64,000 nucleotides of DNA from a bacterium (GTDB taxonomy: Bacteria; Vulcanimicrobiota; Xenobia; Xenobiales; JADMJV01), in NCBI GenBank assembly GCA_030149525.1, contig JASBRJ010000206.1:20460-84459 (forward strand). Direction: 5' to 3'. This document shows positions 10,496-20,602 of this stretch, piece after piece. Numbering within the stretch: position 1 is the first letter of the stretch; every line of letters starts with the position of its first letter. A program made the position numbers and the translations under genes. Under the pieces are notes generated by a model. That model had not been told where the DNA came from, did no database searches, and was given only the letters and a program-made list of their open reading frames with translations.

Positions 10496-11140
10496 TTAAT
10501 CTTCTTCGGTTTTGGCGTTCTTGGCTTTCGACTTCTTGCGTCTCTTTTTGGGCTTTTCGTCTGTTGCTTCTGGTTCGGAATCTTCTTCTGGTTCGGTTTC
10601 GGGCTCTTCGTCCGGTTCGACGGCTTCAGTCTCTTTGTCGGCCTGGGGGTCCCCTGTCTCGGGCGATTCCTCTGCCTTGACTTCAGTCTCTGTCGCGTCG
10701 TCCGCACTCACCTCATCGGCGGCCACCTTGGCGATTTCGGGAGCCTCTTCCATCTCTAACTCCACCTCGCTACAGTAAGGACATTTGCGTCCGGGAGAGG
10801 GGAGCGGTCGGCCACAATTCTCACAGAACCTTGAGGGATACTCCTGGGGGTCGATGACCGGTTGGTGTTCTGCAATGACCGACTCAAGGGTCTTTTGAAG
10901 GTCGGCCTTGTTGATTTGGCCGTTCGACAAGAGCTGTTTGAGGAGCGCTCGGTTCAAGAGCATCGATTGGGCCAGATCTTGGGAAACCCTATTCAGTTCG
11001 CTGTGGAGGTAGGCGACTTCGGAGCGATTGGCCATCACTTGCTCAGCCATGGAGTCGTAGTGTTGATTGTATCGGGAGTGTACCTGGGCGTCGCCTCGTT
11101 CACGCCATTGACTGTCGAACAGCAAGCTGAAAATTTCCAT
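10496..11140 (-). CDS. Hypothetical zinc-ribbon protein with an acidic tail and a basic C-terminus
   Basis: Coiled-coil-like N-terminus, a CENCGRPLPSPGRKCPYC zinc ribbon (CxxC-x11-CxxC), an E/D/T-rich acidic stretch, then KKRRKKSKAKNAK at the end. Confidence 0.5.
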   Translation of the reverse strand: MEIFSLLFDSQWRERGDAQVHSRYNQHYDSMAEQVMANRSEVAYLHSELNRVSQDLAQSMLLNRALLKQLLSNGQINKADLQKTLESVIAEHQPVIDPQEYPSRFCENCGRPLPSPGRKCPYCSEVELEMEEAPEIAKVAADEVSADDATETEVKAEESPETGDPQADKETEAVEPDEEPETEPEEDSEPEATDEKPKKRRKKSKAKNAKTEED

Positions 11141-11187
11141 CTAGACACGTTCCCAAACGGGGTCTTGGAGTCCTGGAGTTGTGAGGA

Positions 11188-11574
11188 TTATCTGCAGCTA
11201 GTGTCGTCGCCGAGAACGGGGGCTGAAAAGAGAACCATGGGGCCAACTGTGGCAAACAGTGTCACGGCGACACCCGGATAAATCATGCTCTCAAAACTTG
11301 AGCCTTCCACCAGGGTCGAAACGACGGTTCCCAGCCCGGTCGCTACAAGAGCCAGGACGACGGCGCCGCCAGGTGGGAAAATTCTTTTCTTACTCTTAAG
11401 CGTGAAGTAGCCGATCACCGCGCCGACGAGGGCGCTGAAGAAGTTGACAGTGGCCACGGCCATAACGGCCACCACGTAGAGTTTTCCCATATCACAGGCC
11501 AGAGCCGGAGAGCCGGAGAGCAAAAGAAGTGCGAGGAGATAGAGAGTTTCTTCTTTGAGGAGGCGACGCTTCAT
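11188..11574 (-). CDS. Small integral membrane protein
   Basis: 128-aa product with three or four hydrophobic helices; unknown family. Confidence 0.5.
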   Translation of the reverse strand: MKRRLLKEETLYLLALLLLSGSPALACDMGKLYVVAVMAVATVNFFSALVGAVIGYFTLKSKKRIFPPGGAVVLALVATGLGTVVSTLVEGSSFESMIYPGVAVTLFATVGPMVLFSAPVLGDDTSCR

Positions 11575-11583
11575 ATGCTTGGA

Positions 11584-13539
11584 TTAAGAACAAACTGTAG
11601 GTTTTGGTACGTTTGAGGCTGTGCTGCTGCGTGAGAAGACGACTTTCCCGGCAAGAATCGTGAGAGCCACTTCCGCTTTATCCAGATTGTCTGCGGTTAA
11701 GACCACGAGATCGGCGAGTTGCCCCGGTTCGATGCTACCAACCCGATGCTCGGCGTGAACGGCTTCTGCACCCTTGCGGGTGAAAGCTTCAACTGCATCT
11801 TCGAGACTCAGGCTCTGATCGAGATAGGAGGGCGGGCACGGCTTTCGAGAGATGGCCTGACGCAGAGCTTCCAGGGTGTGGCAAGACGCGATGGGCCAAT
11901 CGCTACTGAAAGCCGGCAGGGCACCTTTTTGTTTGAGGCTTTGCCAGGGGAAGGCGTGGTCCCACATGTCTTGACTCACCTCGTCGTAGAACTCATCGGG
12001 GTAGGGGTTGTAGTGGAGCGGCTGCATCGAGGGCACGACGTTAAGCTGTTTGAAGCGTGGGATATCATCTGTCTGGCACAGCTCGATATGCTCGACCCGG
12101 TGACGGACTGTGTGACCCCGTTCGTTGTCGGTTCCGCGGTTCTTTCGACGGGCATGGGCGACAGCGTCAAGCATCTGTCCCACGGCCTTGTCTCCTATAG
12201 CGTGGGCGCGAACCTGAAGGGATAGGCTATCGGCAAGAGCCACCACTCTCTTCAATTCTTCTGAAGCAAAAACCGGATCAGAGTCGGCATCCGAGCGATA
12301 GGCCGTGCCCTGGCGAATGACGCCGTCGGTGAACAATTTCACCGCGTTCATGGTGAGCTTTTCGGCCAAGGTGGAATCCGTGGGCGCCTCTGGCAGGTCG
12401 AGATCGCGGTATGGTGTGAGGTGGCTCATGTTGCCCCGCGAGTAGAAGTTGGATGGAGGAGAATCGGTCTTCTTGTATCGGGGGGAGTCTTCAAAGGAGG
12501 CGAGAGTGTCGGCAAGCTCATCTCGTAGCTCCGTCCAACTCATCTTGCCTTCGCCGTAGGCGATGAGCTTATCACGAAGGGAAGCCGCCTGCTTGATATC
12601 GCCGAGCATGTATCGATCGGGAACGATGGAATAGCTGCTGTGAATTCTGAGCGACAGCTCGCCTCTTCTTTCTAGCTCTTGAGCCAGGTACACAAGTTCC
12701 ACATCTTCTTCGGGAAGGGCGAGTCCCATGTTATGGACGGTTGTGATTCCGAAGCTATTCAGGTGTCGAACGGCCGCTTTGAGGGTGGCAACTCTTTCCT
12801 TCGGCGACGTTGGGTATTTTTCTCGAAGAGCGCCGTCGATGAGAAAATAGCATTGGGGCTCCCTCAGTTCGCCGGTGGGGAAACCCTCGCTGTCGAGTTC
12901 GATGAGATCCTCCACCTTGAGTTCTGATAACTCTTCGGGCAGCGGTCTCAGGCATCGGAAGAGTTCGGAGTCTTCTAAAGCTTTGGTATTGACCCAAAGA
13001 GTGTGGAGATCGGGGGAGAGGATCACCAGGGGGCGGTCTTTCACCATCTTGTCCAGTTGATGTCGGGCCTCTTGAGTTTCCAGGACCCCCGGCTCCAGAT
13101 CGTAGACTCTTAAAACTTCGGTCTCGGGATGTTCCTCGGAAAAGTTCTTCACTTTGTAGGCTAGGGCTTTCACCGAATCTATGTCTTCCAGTTCCAGGGC
13201 TCTCAGTCGCTCGCCACCAGGCAGAAGATGGACATGACTGTCGCAGAACCCCGGGAGGAGGTAGGCTCCTTTGAGGTCGATGTCTGAATCCTGGAGCTTG
13301 GAAGAGTCGTGGGGTAGGACGGATTGGATAATCCCGCTCTCCATCTCCACATCGAACCGACCGTCTTTTTTCAAGAGACGACAGTTGCGGAGGCTCAGGC
13401 TCTCACCCTTCGGCCGGCATCTCTCGGAATACCAGTTCAGGACTTCAGGCTCCAACTTCTCCGGTTCTTCCAGGTCTCGGTTGTGTCTTTCGGCGTCGTG
13501 AGAGCGGGCAGTGCTGTGAGGGCGTAGATAAAGGTCCAT
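11584..13539 (-). CDS. Amidohydrolase-family metal-dependent hydrolase
   Basis: GFCDSHVHLL metal-binding HxH motif near the N-terminus, a TIM-barrel amidohydrolase length (651 aa), and conserved His/Asp later in the sequence. Confidence 0.75.
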   Translation of the reverse strand: MDLYLRPHSTARSHDAERHNRDLEEPEKLEPEVLNWYSERCRPKGESLSLRNCRLLKKDGRFDVEMESGIIQSVLPHDSSKLQDSDIDLKGAYLLPGFCDSHVHLLPGGERLRALELEDIDSVKALAYKVKNFSEEHPETEVLRVYDLEPGVLETQEARHQLDKMVKDRPLVILSPDLHTLWVNTKALEDSELFRCLRPLPEELSELKVEDLIELDSEGFPTGELREPQCYFLIDGALREKYPTSPKERVATLKAAVRHLNSFGITTVHNMGLALPEEDVELVYLAQELERRGELSLRIHSSYSIVPDRYMLGDIKQAASLRDKLIAYGEGKMSWTELRDELADTLASFEDSPRYKKTDSPPSNFYSRGNMSHLTPYRDLDLPEAPTDSTLAEKLTMNAVKLFTDGVIRQGTAYRSDADSDPVFASEELKRVVALADSLSLQVRAHAIGDKAVGQMLDAVAHARRKNRGTDNERGHTVRHRVEHIELCQTDDIPRFKQLNVVPSMQPLHYNPYPDEFYDEVSQDMWDHAFPWQSLKQKGALPAFSSDWPIASCHTLEALRQAISRKPCPPSYLDQSLSLEDAVEAFTRKGAEAVHAEHRVGSIEPGQLADLVVLTADNLDKAEVALTILAGKVVFSRSSTASNVPKPTVCS

Positions 13540-13680
13540 AGCCTCTTCGCTTAGTGGGAGGTCACGAGCGGCCTTTATACTTTGGTAGGTCTTGGGGGTG
13601 TCGAGTGGGGTGAGGGCACGTGTTTGACCGGTTGTCCTAGGGGAAAGGGCGTCTGCGAACAGAGTGAAATGCTTGAAGTC

Positions 13681-16644
13681 ATGCGTAAATTGACAATCCT
13701 CATTTTCCTTCTTCTGACTCTTTGCGTCTCAGGCCAAGAGCAACAGCCGCCGGAGTGGTATCTCCTGGTGCGAGAGGCTGTCAAGCTCAAGGGCTACGGC
13801 TTTCTGGACGATGCTCTGGCCAAGATGAAGGAAGCGGTCATTTCGGCCGAAGCCAGTGGAGACATCCGAGCTTACGGGGCTGCCATCAATAATCAGGCCG
13901 TGCTGCAGATGGAGGTGGGCGAGTACGCAGGGGCCGATGAGTCCTTAAGAATCGCCCAGGGGATCTACGAGCAGAACCTCGGACCAAATCATGAACATAC
14001 GGCCAAAGTTTACAAAAATCGAGGGCTCTGTCTTACCCAATTGGCGCGCTACCAAGAAGCGGAGTCGTTCACTAGGAAGGCTTTGGATGTCTACCTGGAG
14101 ATGGATGTGGCTCGAAATCAGTGGCAGACCCTGGAGTTGATGTCGGAGTTGGCCGAGATTCTCTATCACCAGGATCGTCTGGAGGAGGCTCGAGACCTTT
14201 TTAAGGAAGCTCTTGAGAAATTAGAGGCGGGCCCGTCTCTTGCCAGCGCGCAATCGGGATATGCGCAGGTCCTTGATGCTCTGGGAGACACGGATGGGGC
14301 GGAAAAGCTCATCGCGCTTGCTCAGGCCTATTGGGAAAACCATCCAGAGAAGCCGACCTCACTAGCCGGAGTCCTCAAGTCGAGGGCAAACTTGTTGCGC
14401 CAACGAGGTCAGGTCGCTCAGGCGGAGTCGCTTATGAAGAGAGCTCTTCAGGTGTATGATAAAGCTCTTCCTGGAAGGCCGGGTCGAGCCAAATATCTCA
14501 ACGATTTGGGCTTGCTCTACTCGGGCCTTCGGGACTACGAGAAGGCTGAGGATTTGGTAGCGGAGTCGGTGCGCATTCATGAGAAATGGATGGGCGCGGA
14601 GCATCCCGAGACGGCCACGACCCTTGGAGTGCTGGCGGGCATCTATTCTCAGATGGGGAGACTAGAAGACTCGGAGAAAATGTATCGACGAGCGCTGGCT
14701 ATCAACGAGAAAGTTTACGGAAAGAATCACACCGCAGTGGCCACGGACCTGAACAATCTGGGAGTTGTTCTCCTTAACGCTAAAAGAGCCAAGGAGGCCG
14801 TGCCTCTCTTGCAACGAGCTCTGTCTATTAAGAAGGCCTCGAAGTCGGAAGATCTCGCCACCATGACCGGTGTTCTCGGTAGTGCCTACCATGAGATGGG
14901 GGATTTGGGCAAGGCGAAAGAACTCTTTCTACAAGCTTTGGATATGGGAGATTCCGAGACCAGAGCCATCATGAACAACAACCTTTCTTACCTCTCCATT
15001 GATGAAGGGGATCCGGACGCTGCTTTGGGGTACGCCAAGAAAGCTTCGCAAGCTCAATTTGAGCAATTGAAAAAAGTCTTTTCTTTCACGTCCGAGAGGC
15101 AGCGGCTGGCTTTCAAAAAGGACCTCGTTCCTTACGGCCTGTTCGCCTCATTGAACCAGCCGGAAGCTCTGATGCAGGCCGCCCTGAGATTCAAAGGCGT
15201 TGTTCTCGATTCCATAGCTGAGGATTACCGTTTGGCAAGCCAGGGTGACGAAGAGCTCAAAGCCCGTTTGGGCCGCCTTCGAGATGTTAAACGTGAACTT
15301 ATGAAGCTCGATGTCTTGGCAAAACGTAGCCCGGAAGAGCAGGCGAAATTCAAGGAACTTCAACAACGTTTGGAGGAAGACCAAGCTTATCTTGCCCGTC
15401 GAGTAAGTCGTTTGGAGGAAGGCCGAGCCGCCTTTCGAGTCACTCCCAACCAGATCCAGGCAGCTTTACCAAAGGACTCCGTTCTGGTGGAATTTCTCTA
15501 TCACGGCTTTTACTTTGGTAAGAATAAGAGTGAGAAACGCTACGGTGCGCTTATCCTGGCAGCCGATGGGCCCGTTCAGTGGGTGGAGTTAGGAAGCGCT
15601 GCAGAGATCGAATCCCTTGTAGGTGACTACAGAATGGCCATGCGCGGAGGGAGTGCTTCATCTCGTGCCAGTCGTCCCTCCCAGCCGGGCGTGGCTAAGA
15701 GTCGAGGAGAGGAGCAATTGAAGAAAGCGTATGACAAGCTATGGCAGCCGATCGCCGACTTGCTTCCCCAGGGGACGAAGCGGGTGATCTTAAGCCCTGA
15801 CGGCGACCTTAACTTTGTCTCTTTTACAACGTTGCTCAGCTCCAACGATAAGTTTCTAGGCGAGTTGTTCGATATCTCCTACGTTTCTTCGGGCCGAGAT
15901 CTGCTCGCCTTTGGTTCGAATTCGAACACTGAGAAAAGCTCGTTTCTTCTTGGCGCCCCCGACTATCGGGTTGCCGATTCTCAACGGGAGGAGAAGGCCT
16001 ACGAGGTCACGCTTTCTCCTCTACCTGGGAGCGCACAGGAATGTCAAACACTTGAGGCGCTGCTAAAAGCCAAAGGTTTTCAACCCCGGCTGGTCACAGC
16101 TCAGAAGGCTCAAGAAGAGGAAGTCTCCAGGCTCCAGTCTCCTGAGATTGTCCATCTAGCAACTCACGGTTTTTTTCTGGATGAAAAGTTCGGTCATAAC
16201 CCCATGTTGAGAAGCGGCCTTGCCCTCTACGGTGCTGAAACAACGCTTGATGCTTGGCAAGACGGCAAGGTCCCCGAATCCGGGTCCGATGGAGTGCTCA
16301 CCGCGCTTGAGGTAACCGGTCTCAATCTCACGGGAACAAAGGTTGTGGTCCTCTCCGCCTGCGACACCGGTCTCGGCGAGAGCCAAAAAGGGGAAGGGGT
16401 CTTGGGTCTACGTCGTGGTTTCGTTCAGGCTGGCTGTCGAAATCTTGTCTTCACTCTATGGCCCGTCGCCGATCAGGAAACCGCAGAATTCATGGTGGAC
16501 TTTTACGACAGCCTGCCCGAAAAAGGGGCGGTATCGTCGCTCAACACCGTTCAAAGAGACTGGCTCGGCAAACTGAGAGAGCAGTATGGAAGCGTTATGG
16601 CGGCCAGATTGGCGGGGCCGTTTGTGATCTCTTCCAGGGAATAG
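13681..16644 (+). CDS. Secreted TPR-repeat protein with a C-terminal CHAT (caspase-like) protease domain
   Basis: Signal peptide MRKLTILIFLLLTLCVSGQ, then about 10 TPR units (repeated xYxxALxIxEKxxGxxHPxTA patterns). The C-terminus carries the CHAT His-Cys dyad: VHLATHGFF ... VVLSACDTGLGE. Confidence 0.85.
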   Translation: MRKLTILIFLLLTLCVSGQEQQPPEWYLLVREAVKLKGYGFLDDALAKMKEAVISAEASGDIRAYGAAINNQAVLQMEVGEYAGADESLRIAQGIYEQNLGPNHEHTAKVYKNRGLCLTQLARYQEAESFTRKALDVYLEMDVARNQWQTLELMSELAEILYHQDRLEEARDLFKEALEKLEAGPSLASAQSGYAQVLDALGDTDGAEKLIALAQAYWENHPEKPTSLAGVLKSRANLLRQRGQVAQAESLMKRALQVYDKALPGRPGRAKYLNDLGLLYSGLRDYEKAEDLVAESVRIHEKWMGAEHPETATTLGVLAGIYSQMGRLEDSEKMYRRALAINEKVYGKNHTAVATDLNNLGVVLLNAKRAKEAVPLLQRALSIKKASKSEDLATMTGVLGSAYHEMGDLGKAKELFLQALDMGDSETRAIMNNNLSYLSIDEGDPDAALGYAKKASQAQFEQLKKVFSFTSERQRLAFKKDLVPYGLFASLNQPEALMQAALRFKGVVLDSIAEDYRLASQGDEELKARLGRLRDVKRELMKLDVLAKRSPEEQAKFKELQQRLEEDQAYLARRVSRLEEGRAAFRVTPNQIQAALPKDSVLVEFLYHGFYFGKNKSEKRYGALILAADGPVQWVELGSAAEIESLVGDYRMAMRGGSASSRASRPSQPGVAKSRGEEQLKKAYDKLWQPIADLLPQGTKRVILSPDGDLNFVSFTTLLSSNDKFLGELFDISYVSSGRDLLAFGSNSNTEKSSFLLGAPDYRVADSQREEKAYEVTLSPLPGSAQECQTLEALLKAKGFQPRLVTAQKAQEEEVSRLQSPEIVHLATHGFFLDEKFGHNPMLRSGLALYGAETTLDAWQDGKVPESGSDGVLTALEVTGLNLTGTKVVVLSACDTGLGESQKGEGVLGLRRGFVQAGCRNLVFTLWPVADQETAEFMVDFYDSLPEKGAVSSLNTVQRDWLGKLREQYGSVMAARLAGPFVISSRE

Positions 16645-17443
16645 GTCAATAGCACCTCGGCCTTGGTAGGTGGTTTGTTCTACAATTTACGGGTGAACCG
16701 CAACCTCATCTGGTTTGTTTTTATGATGACGAGCCCAGCGATTGCCGATGGGGGGTTGTGTTCGTACGTCAAGCGGGGACGCGATTGACAAAACTTGTCC
16801 CTAGATCTTTGCCAGTGCATTGGCTCGTCTACGAACTCCGCAGCACCGGCACACCGAATCTCGGCGTCGAATTTCGTTGAAATGACCCGGCATTAGGCAC
16901 TCAATGCTCCTTGAGCTTCGGGCATCGACACAACGGATTTCATAGACGAGCCAACGCCCGACAGTTTGAAATGAATCAGGCGAGCGAAATCCGCACTGTC
17001 GAGGCTGTTGACTTAGTCTACTCTTCGAGCACCAGGTCCCGTCATGAGTCTTGTTCATTATTGTCCGCACAAAATCGTTCAATTGAATATTCACGAAAGC
17101 GGAGCGTTCCTACTGGACAATGCCTCAAAATTGCCCGACTTCGTGCGAACAAAATGCTTTGCGCCTCACTCGGTCCGCAAGCTTTGGCGCCACGAAGTCT
17201 AAATCAACAGCCTCTGTCATCCTACCTGTTATCGAAGATCAGGTACCCTGGCGCCAATTACGAGAACTTTGCAGATTTACAACTTCGTCTTTTTATAGGG
17301 GGTAAACCAGAGCAAGAATCAGCCTCCTTGATGTCACGACCGATGGAGATTACGACGCGTAATCCGACCAATCCCACCCGCATCGGGCTTTGTACGAGTT
17401 TTGCTCTCCACCGCTCCAGCCACAAACGGAGTGCTACCGAAGG

Positions 17444-18811
17444 TCATTCGAAGTCCAGCCAATAGGCTAGTTCCAGATCTACCTGCTGATCGAGGCGTCG
17501 ACGGTATTGGTCCAGGAACAATAGCGTTCCATCTGATTGTCGTTCGATTTTGAGTAGGCCGTCGTGAGTGTTCTTGTGGCAGGCTGAACAGAGGCCGAGA
17601 AGATTGTAGGGTGCCGTCTTGCCGCCTTCGGCAAAGCTCTCCAGGTGATGGATATGAAGCCAAATTTTATTGGGGCACCCCGGGGTGCTACAACACCAGG
17701 AGTCCCGTCGAAGGATTTCTGTTTTCTGGGATTTAGTAGTATGTCGGGAGTCTATATTGAAGCGGACTCGGGTGCTCGACCAGGGATTATTGAGTCGAAC
17801 ATATTGGATCCGGTCCGGGTCCATCTCGGAGAGAAAGTCTGTATCGAAATTGGCCAGTCCCAAGGCTTGGGAGAGAAGTTCGGCGGCGCGGGCTTTATGG
17901 ACCCGGCCCGGGTCCAAGTCACCGGAGTCGGCGAAGCTCAGAGTCGCGTCTTTACCGCCAGTCGCGAGTCGGGCTTCCTTAGTGCCGAGCAGACTGCCCT
18001 TGCAAGGGGCGGCTTCGGTCGAATCGACCCGGTCCGGGTCCAATTTTCCGTCTTGCTCACGCTCTATCAATCCAATCTCGGCGGCCAACTCCCGAGCCTC
18101 AGCCACTAGAGGAATCTGCCGCGCCCGCTCCGCCTGCAAATCCTTATCTGCCTCCTCCCGAACCTTGGCCAGAGCCTTTTCGTCCAAAGGCGCCTTTGCC
18201 AAAAGCGATACCAGCGCATCACCAATCACCTCGGCCTTGGTCACAAGTCTACCCCGGGCAATCGAGTAAGCGCGGGTTGCCTCTTCCAGCATTCTGTACG
18301 CTTGAGGGCTCAAAGGGCAGCGAAGAAGCGAGTTGTAGCCGTTGTCCTCCAAATCCACTTCTCCGGGAACGGCTCCAGGTGGAGTCTTACTGACCAGCAT
18401 CTGAATCTGCTGGTCGTTATATTTTTGAGCGAGTTGCAGCCATAACTCTTCTGTTTCCGGACTGGCCTTACGAACAATTTCTCTCAGCTTGCCCCAGGAA
18501 ATCCGCCCCTCTTCTGCCACCAAGGAAAGTTCCGGCAACCTCAGCAGTTCCCGTGCCACCCGCTTACAGTCGTTCGCCTCTTTCCTGTTCACCCCAAGCT
18601 TTGCTACCGCATAGTGTGTGGACGAACAACAGCCGAACTTCTTGAAGTCCTCGGTTTCTTCGATGGCCAGCAAACACCGACCGAGGGTCAGCTTGCATGC
18701 CGTCAGAGTTCCAACGGCACGTAAGGCAAGTGGATGTCGTACACGGTCTCCCATGGAAACAACAGTATCAATTCGAAATCGTCGGGGGTCGATGGCTGAG
18801 GCGCTGATCAT
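17444..18811 (-). CDS. DUF222-HNH endonuclease (REP13E12-like)
   Basis: The C-terminal HNH motif WCCSTPGCPNKIWLHIHHLESFAEGGKTAPYNLLGLCSACHKNTH carries its Zn ligands and catalytic His. The N-terminal ~300 aa has the DUF222-like RLPELSLVAEEGRISWGKLREI segment. Confidence 0.8.
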   Translation of the reverse strand: MISASAIDPRRFRIDTVVSMGDRVRHPLALRAVGTLTACKLTLGRCLLAIEETEDFKKFGCCSSTHYAVAKLGVNRKEANDCKRVARELLRLPELSLVAEEGRISWGKLREIVRKASPETEELWLQLAQKYNDQQIQMLVSKTPPGAVPGEVDLEDNGYNSLLRCPLSPQAYRMLEEATRAYSIARGRLVTKAEVIGDALVSLLAKAPLDEKALAKVREEADKDLQAERARQIPLVAEARELAAEIGLIEREQDGKLDPDRVDSTEAAPCKGSLLGTKEARLATGGKDATLSFADSGDLDPGRVHKARAAELLSQALGLANFDTDFLSEMDPDRIQYVRLNNPWSSTRVRFNIDSRHTTKSQKTEILRRDSWCCSTPGCPNKIWLHIHHLESFAEGGKTAPYNLLGLCSACHKNTHDGLLKIERQSDGTLLFLDQYRRRLDQQVDLELAYWLDFE

Positions 18812-19084
18812 ATCATGGCTCCCAAGAGGCGAATTTTCAGTCGTTATAGGCCGACAAAACAGGCCTCAAAAAAACTCGTTGCGTCAACCCTAAATCATTC
18901 AACGAAAGCCTGTTGGAACCTCGCAAAGAAACTTGTATTTAAGCCATTTTATGGGAGTTATTGAGGTGAGATTTAGACCCTGGGAAAAGAGGTTAGAGAC
19001 GCTCGGTCCATTTCGCTTTCAGAAATTCTTTGTCCGTCATAGCACTCTTTAACCGATTCGATGTCGCCCGCCCATAGACCCGTT

Positions 19085-20131
19085 TCAATTAAGCCGAAAC
19101 AGCCGGCCATCCAACACGAAAAGAACCCCATCTCGACCAAGGGCGAGGTTCGTCGGACGCGCATTGCCGAGCCCCAGGTGAAAAGTTGGCTCGCCACCTC
19201 GATCAAGTCGCACGACCCCACCCGGACAGGAGACGAAGGTTTGTCCGGTCGAGTCTGAGACGGCTTGCTCCAATCCAAACTTTGGGGAAACGTCGAGGGG
19301 AGTTTGCCAGAGCTCGCGGCCGTCGCGAGCTATTAGTGCGAGACTTCCCCGGCGAACCGCAAGCCATCCATCGATGTGCTCGGACAATGTGGCCGCGAAA
19401 GGCAAACGGAGAACCAAATTGCCGAACATGTCGAAGACGTGTGTCTGCTTTTCATTCTGGTCACTGTAGGCTATTTCACCAAAGCGATTGACTACGACCA
19501 GGGAGTCGGAATACTGGAGGTCCGGTCGCCTCCATTTGACCTTTCCGTCCTGGTTGCAGAGTGTCGGTCCAGAGAACGCGTAGCCGGCGATAGCGAGGTC
19601 ACCGTTGGCGAGTACTGCCGGTGGTAAGACATCGTATCCAAATGCGCCCAACTCACGGACTGCGTCGTCCTCGTCTACCCAAATCTGACCGTCGATTCCG
19701 CTAAAGAGGATTCGCCCGTCCGCTAGTGCTGGAGAAGGTCCGGAATCGTCGAGACCCGGTACGGGAAAATGCCAAGTCCTGGAGCACACTCCGGATAGCG
19801 AGAAAAGGTAGGAGGTTCTTCGTCCGTTGACCACTGCCCAGCCTCCTTTTAAGGCCGCCGGAGCCGAGCAGATTTCGTCGATCTGTCTCTTCCAGAGCAA
19901 GCGCCCCGATGCGTCCAGGCGAGCTAAGCTGCCGTTTCCAGCAACCAAGAGATGTCCGTCACAAGAAATAACCACGGAGCCGTCAAAGTCAATATCGGCG
20001 ACCGGACTGACACTTGTTGGATGAGACAATAAAAGGGGAGAGAGGGCTGAATTTCTTGGGTCTCGCCCTGTTCGAGGCCAATCGGACTCTTCGAGTTGGA
20101 AGTGGGCTGAGCCCTGGGTTTTAGAGGACAC
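19085..20131 (-). CDS. PQQ-like beta-propeller repeat protein (BamB-like fold)
   Basis: Repeated G-x-L/V-x-A-x-D-x-x-G-x-x-x-W blades (DASGRLLWKR, ARDGRELWQT and others). Confidence 0.55.
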   Translation of the reverse strand: MSSKTQGSAHFQLEESDWPRTGRDPRNSALSPLLLSHPTSVSPVADIDFDGSVVISCDGHLLVAGNGSLARLDASGRLLWKRQIDEICSAPAALKGGWAVVNGRRTSYLFSLSGVCSRTWHFPVPGLDDSGPSPALADGRILFSGIDGQIWVDEDDAVRELGAFGYDVLPPAVLANGDLAIAGYAFSGPTLCNQDGKVKWRRPDLQYSDSLVVVNRFGEIAYSDQNEKQTHVFDMFGNLVLRLPFAATLSEHIDGWLAVRRGSLALIARDGRELWQTPLDVSPKFGLEQAVSDSTGQTFVSCPGGVVRLDRGGEPTFHLGLGNARPTNLALGRDGVLFVLDGRLFRLN

Positions 20132-20256
20132 GAAATAGCTTCATTGCGATGCCTGAAGCTGGCAGTGAGAGATGCTACGAGGGTAACAGACTTCATAGCC
20201 TGCCGGCAAGCAACTAACCAAGCAGGTCCCCCACACCCAACCAAAAATCCCAAAAA

Positions 20257-20598
20257 ATGACCTGCATAGTCCTAAGCAAAACCCACCTGGGCACAGTCCC
20301 CACAGAAGACCTGGAATTCGGCCAGGAGATGCTCGACAAGTTTCTCCACACTATGGAGCGCCCGGAGCTACGACCTGATGTTATTTGTCTCTACACCGAC
20401 GGTGTGAAGCTTGCTTGTGAGGGGTCGCCCACTCTGCTTGGCCTGGAGCTATTGTCCGGGCTCGGGGTGAAGGTGCTTTTGTGCGGCTCTTGTGTGGAGA
20501 GGTTTGGTTTGCGCGATTCCATCAAAGTAGGCGAGATCGCCACGATGAAAGATATCGTGAGCGAGTTGGTCTCGGCCGACCGGGTTCTCTACCCATAA
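20257..20598 (+). CDS. DsrE/DsrF-like (YchN-fold) small protein
   Basis: 113-aa product with a LLCGSCVE Cys-containing loop and a DsrE-like length and hydrophobic pattern; the assignment is tentative. Confidence 0.45.
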   Translation: MTCIVLSKTHLGTVPTEDLEFGQEMLDKFLHTMERPELRPDVICLYTDGVKLACEGSPTLLGLELLSGLGVKVLLCGSCVERFGLRDSIKVGEIATMKDIVSELVSADRVLYP

Positions 20599-20602
20599 AC
20601 GG

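Noticed and set aside
17645-18269. 154-aa and 199-aa plus-strand ORFs opposite the HNH gene
   Set aside because: They are Ser/Arg/Ala-rich low-complexity translations, whereas the minus-strand product carries a bona fide HNH motif.
17444-18811. Considered IscB/TnpB-like RNA-guided nuclease or a group II intron maturase, given the HNH domain and adjacent noncoding DNA
   Set aside because: No RuvC-I/II/III motifs and no reverse-transcriptase (YADD) motifs. The N-terminal region matches the DUF222 pattern instead.
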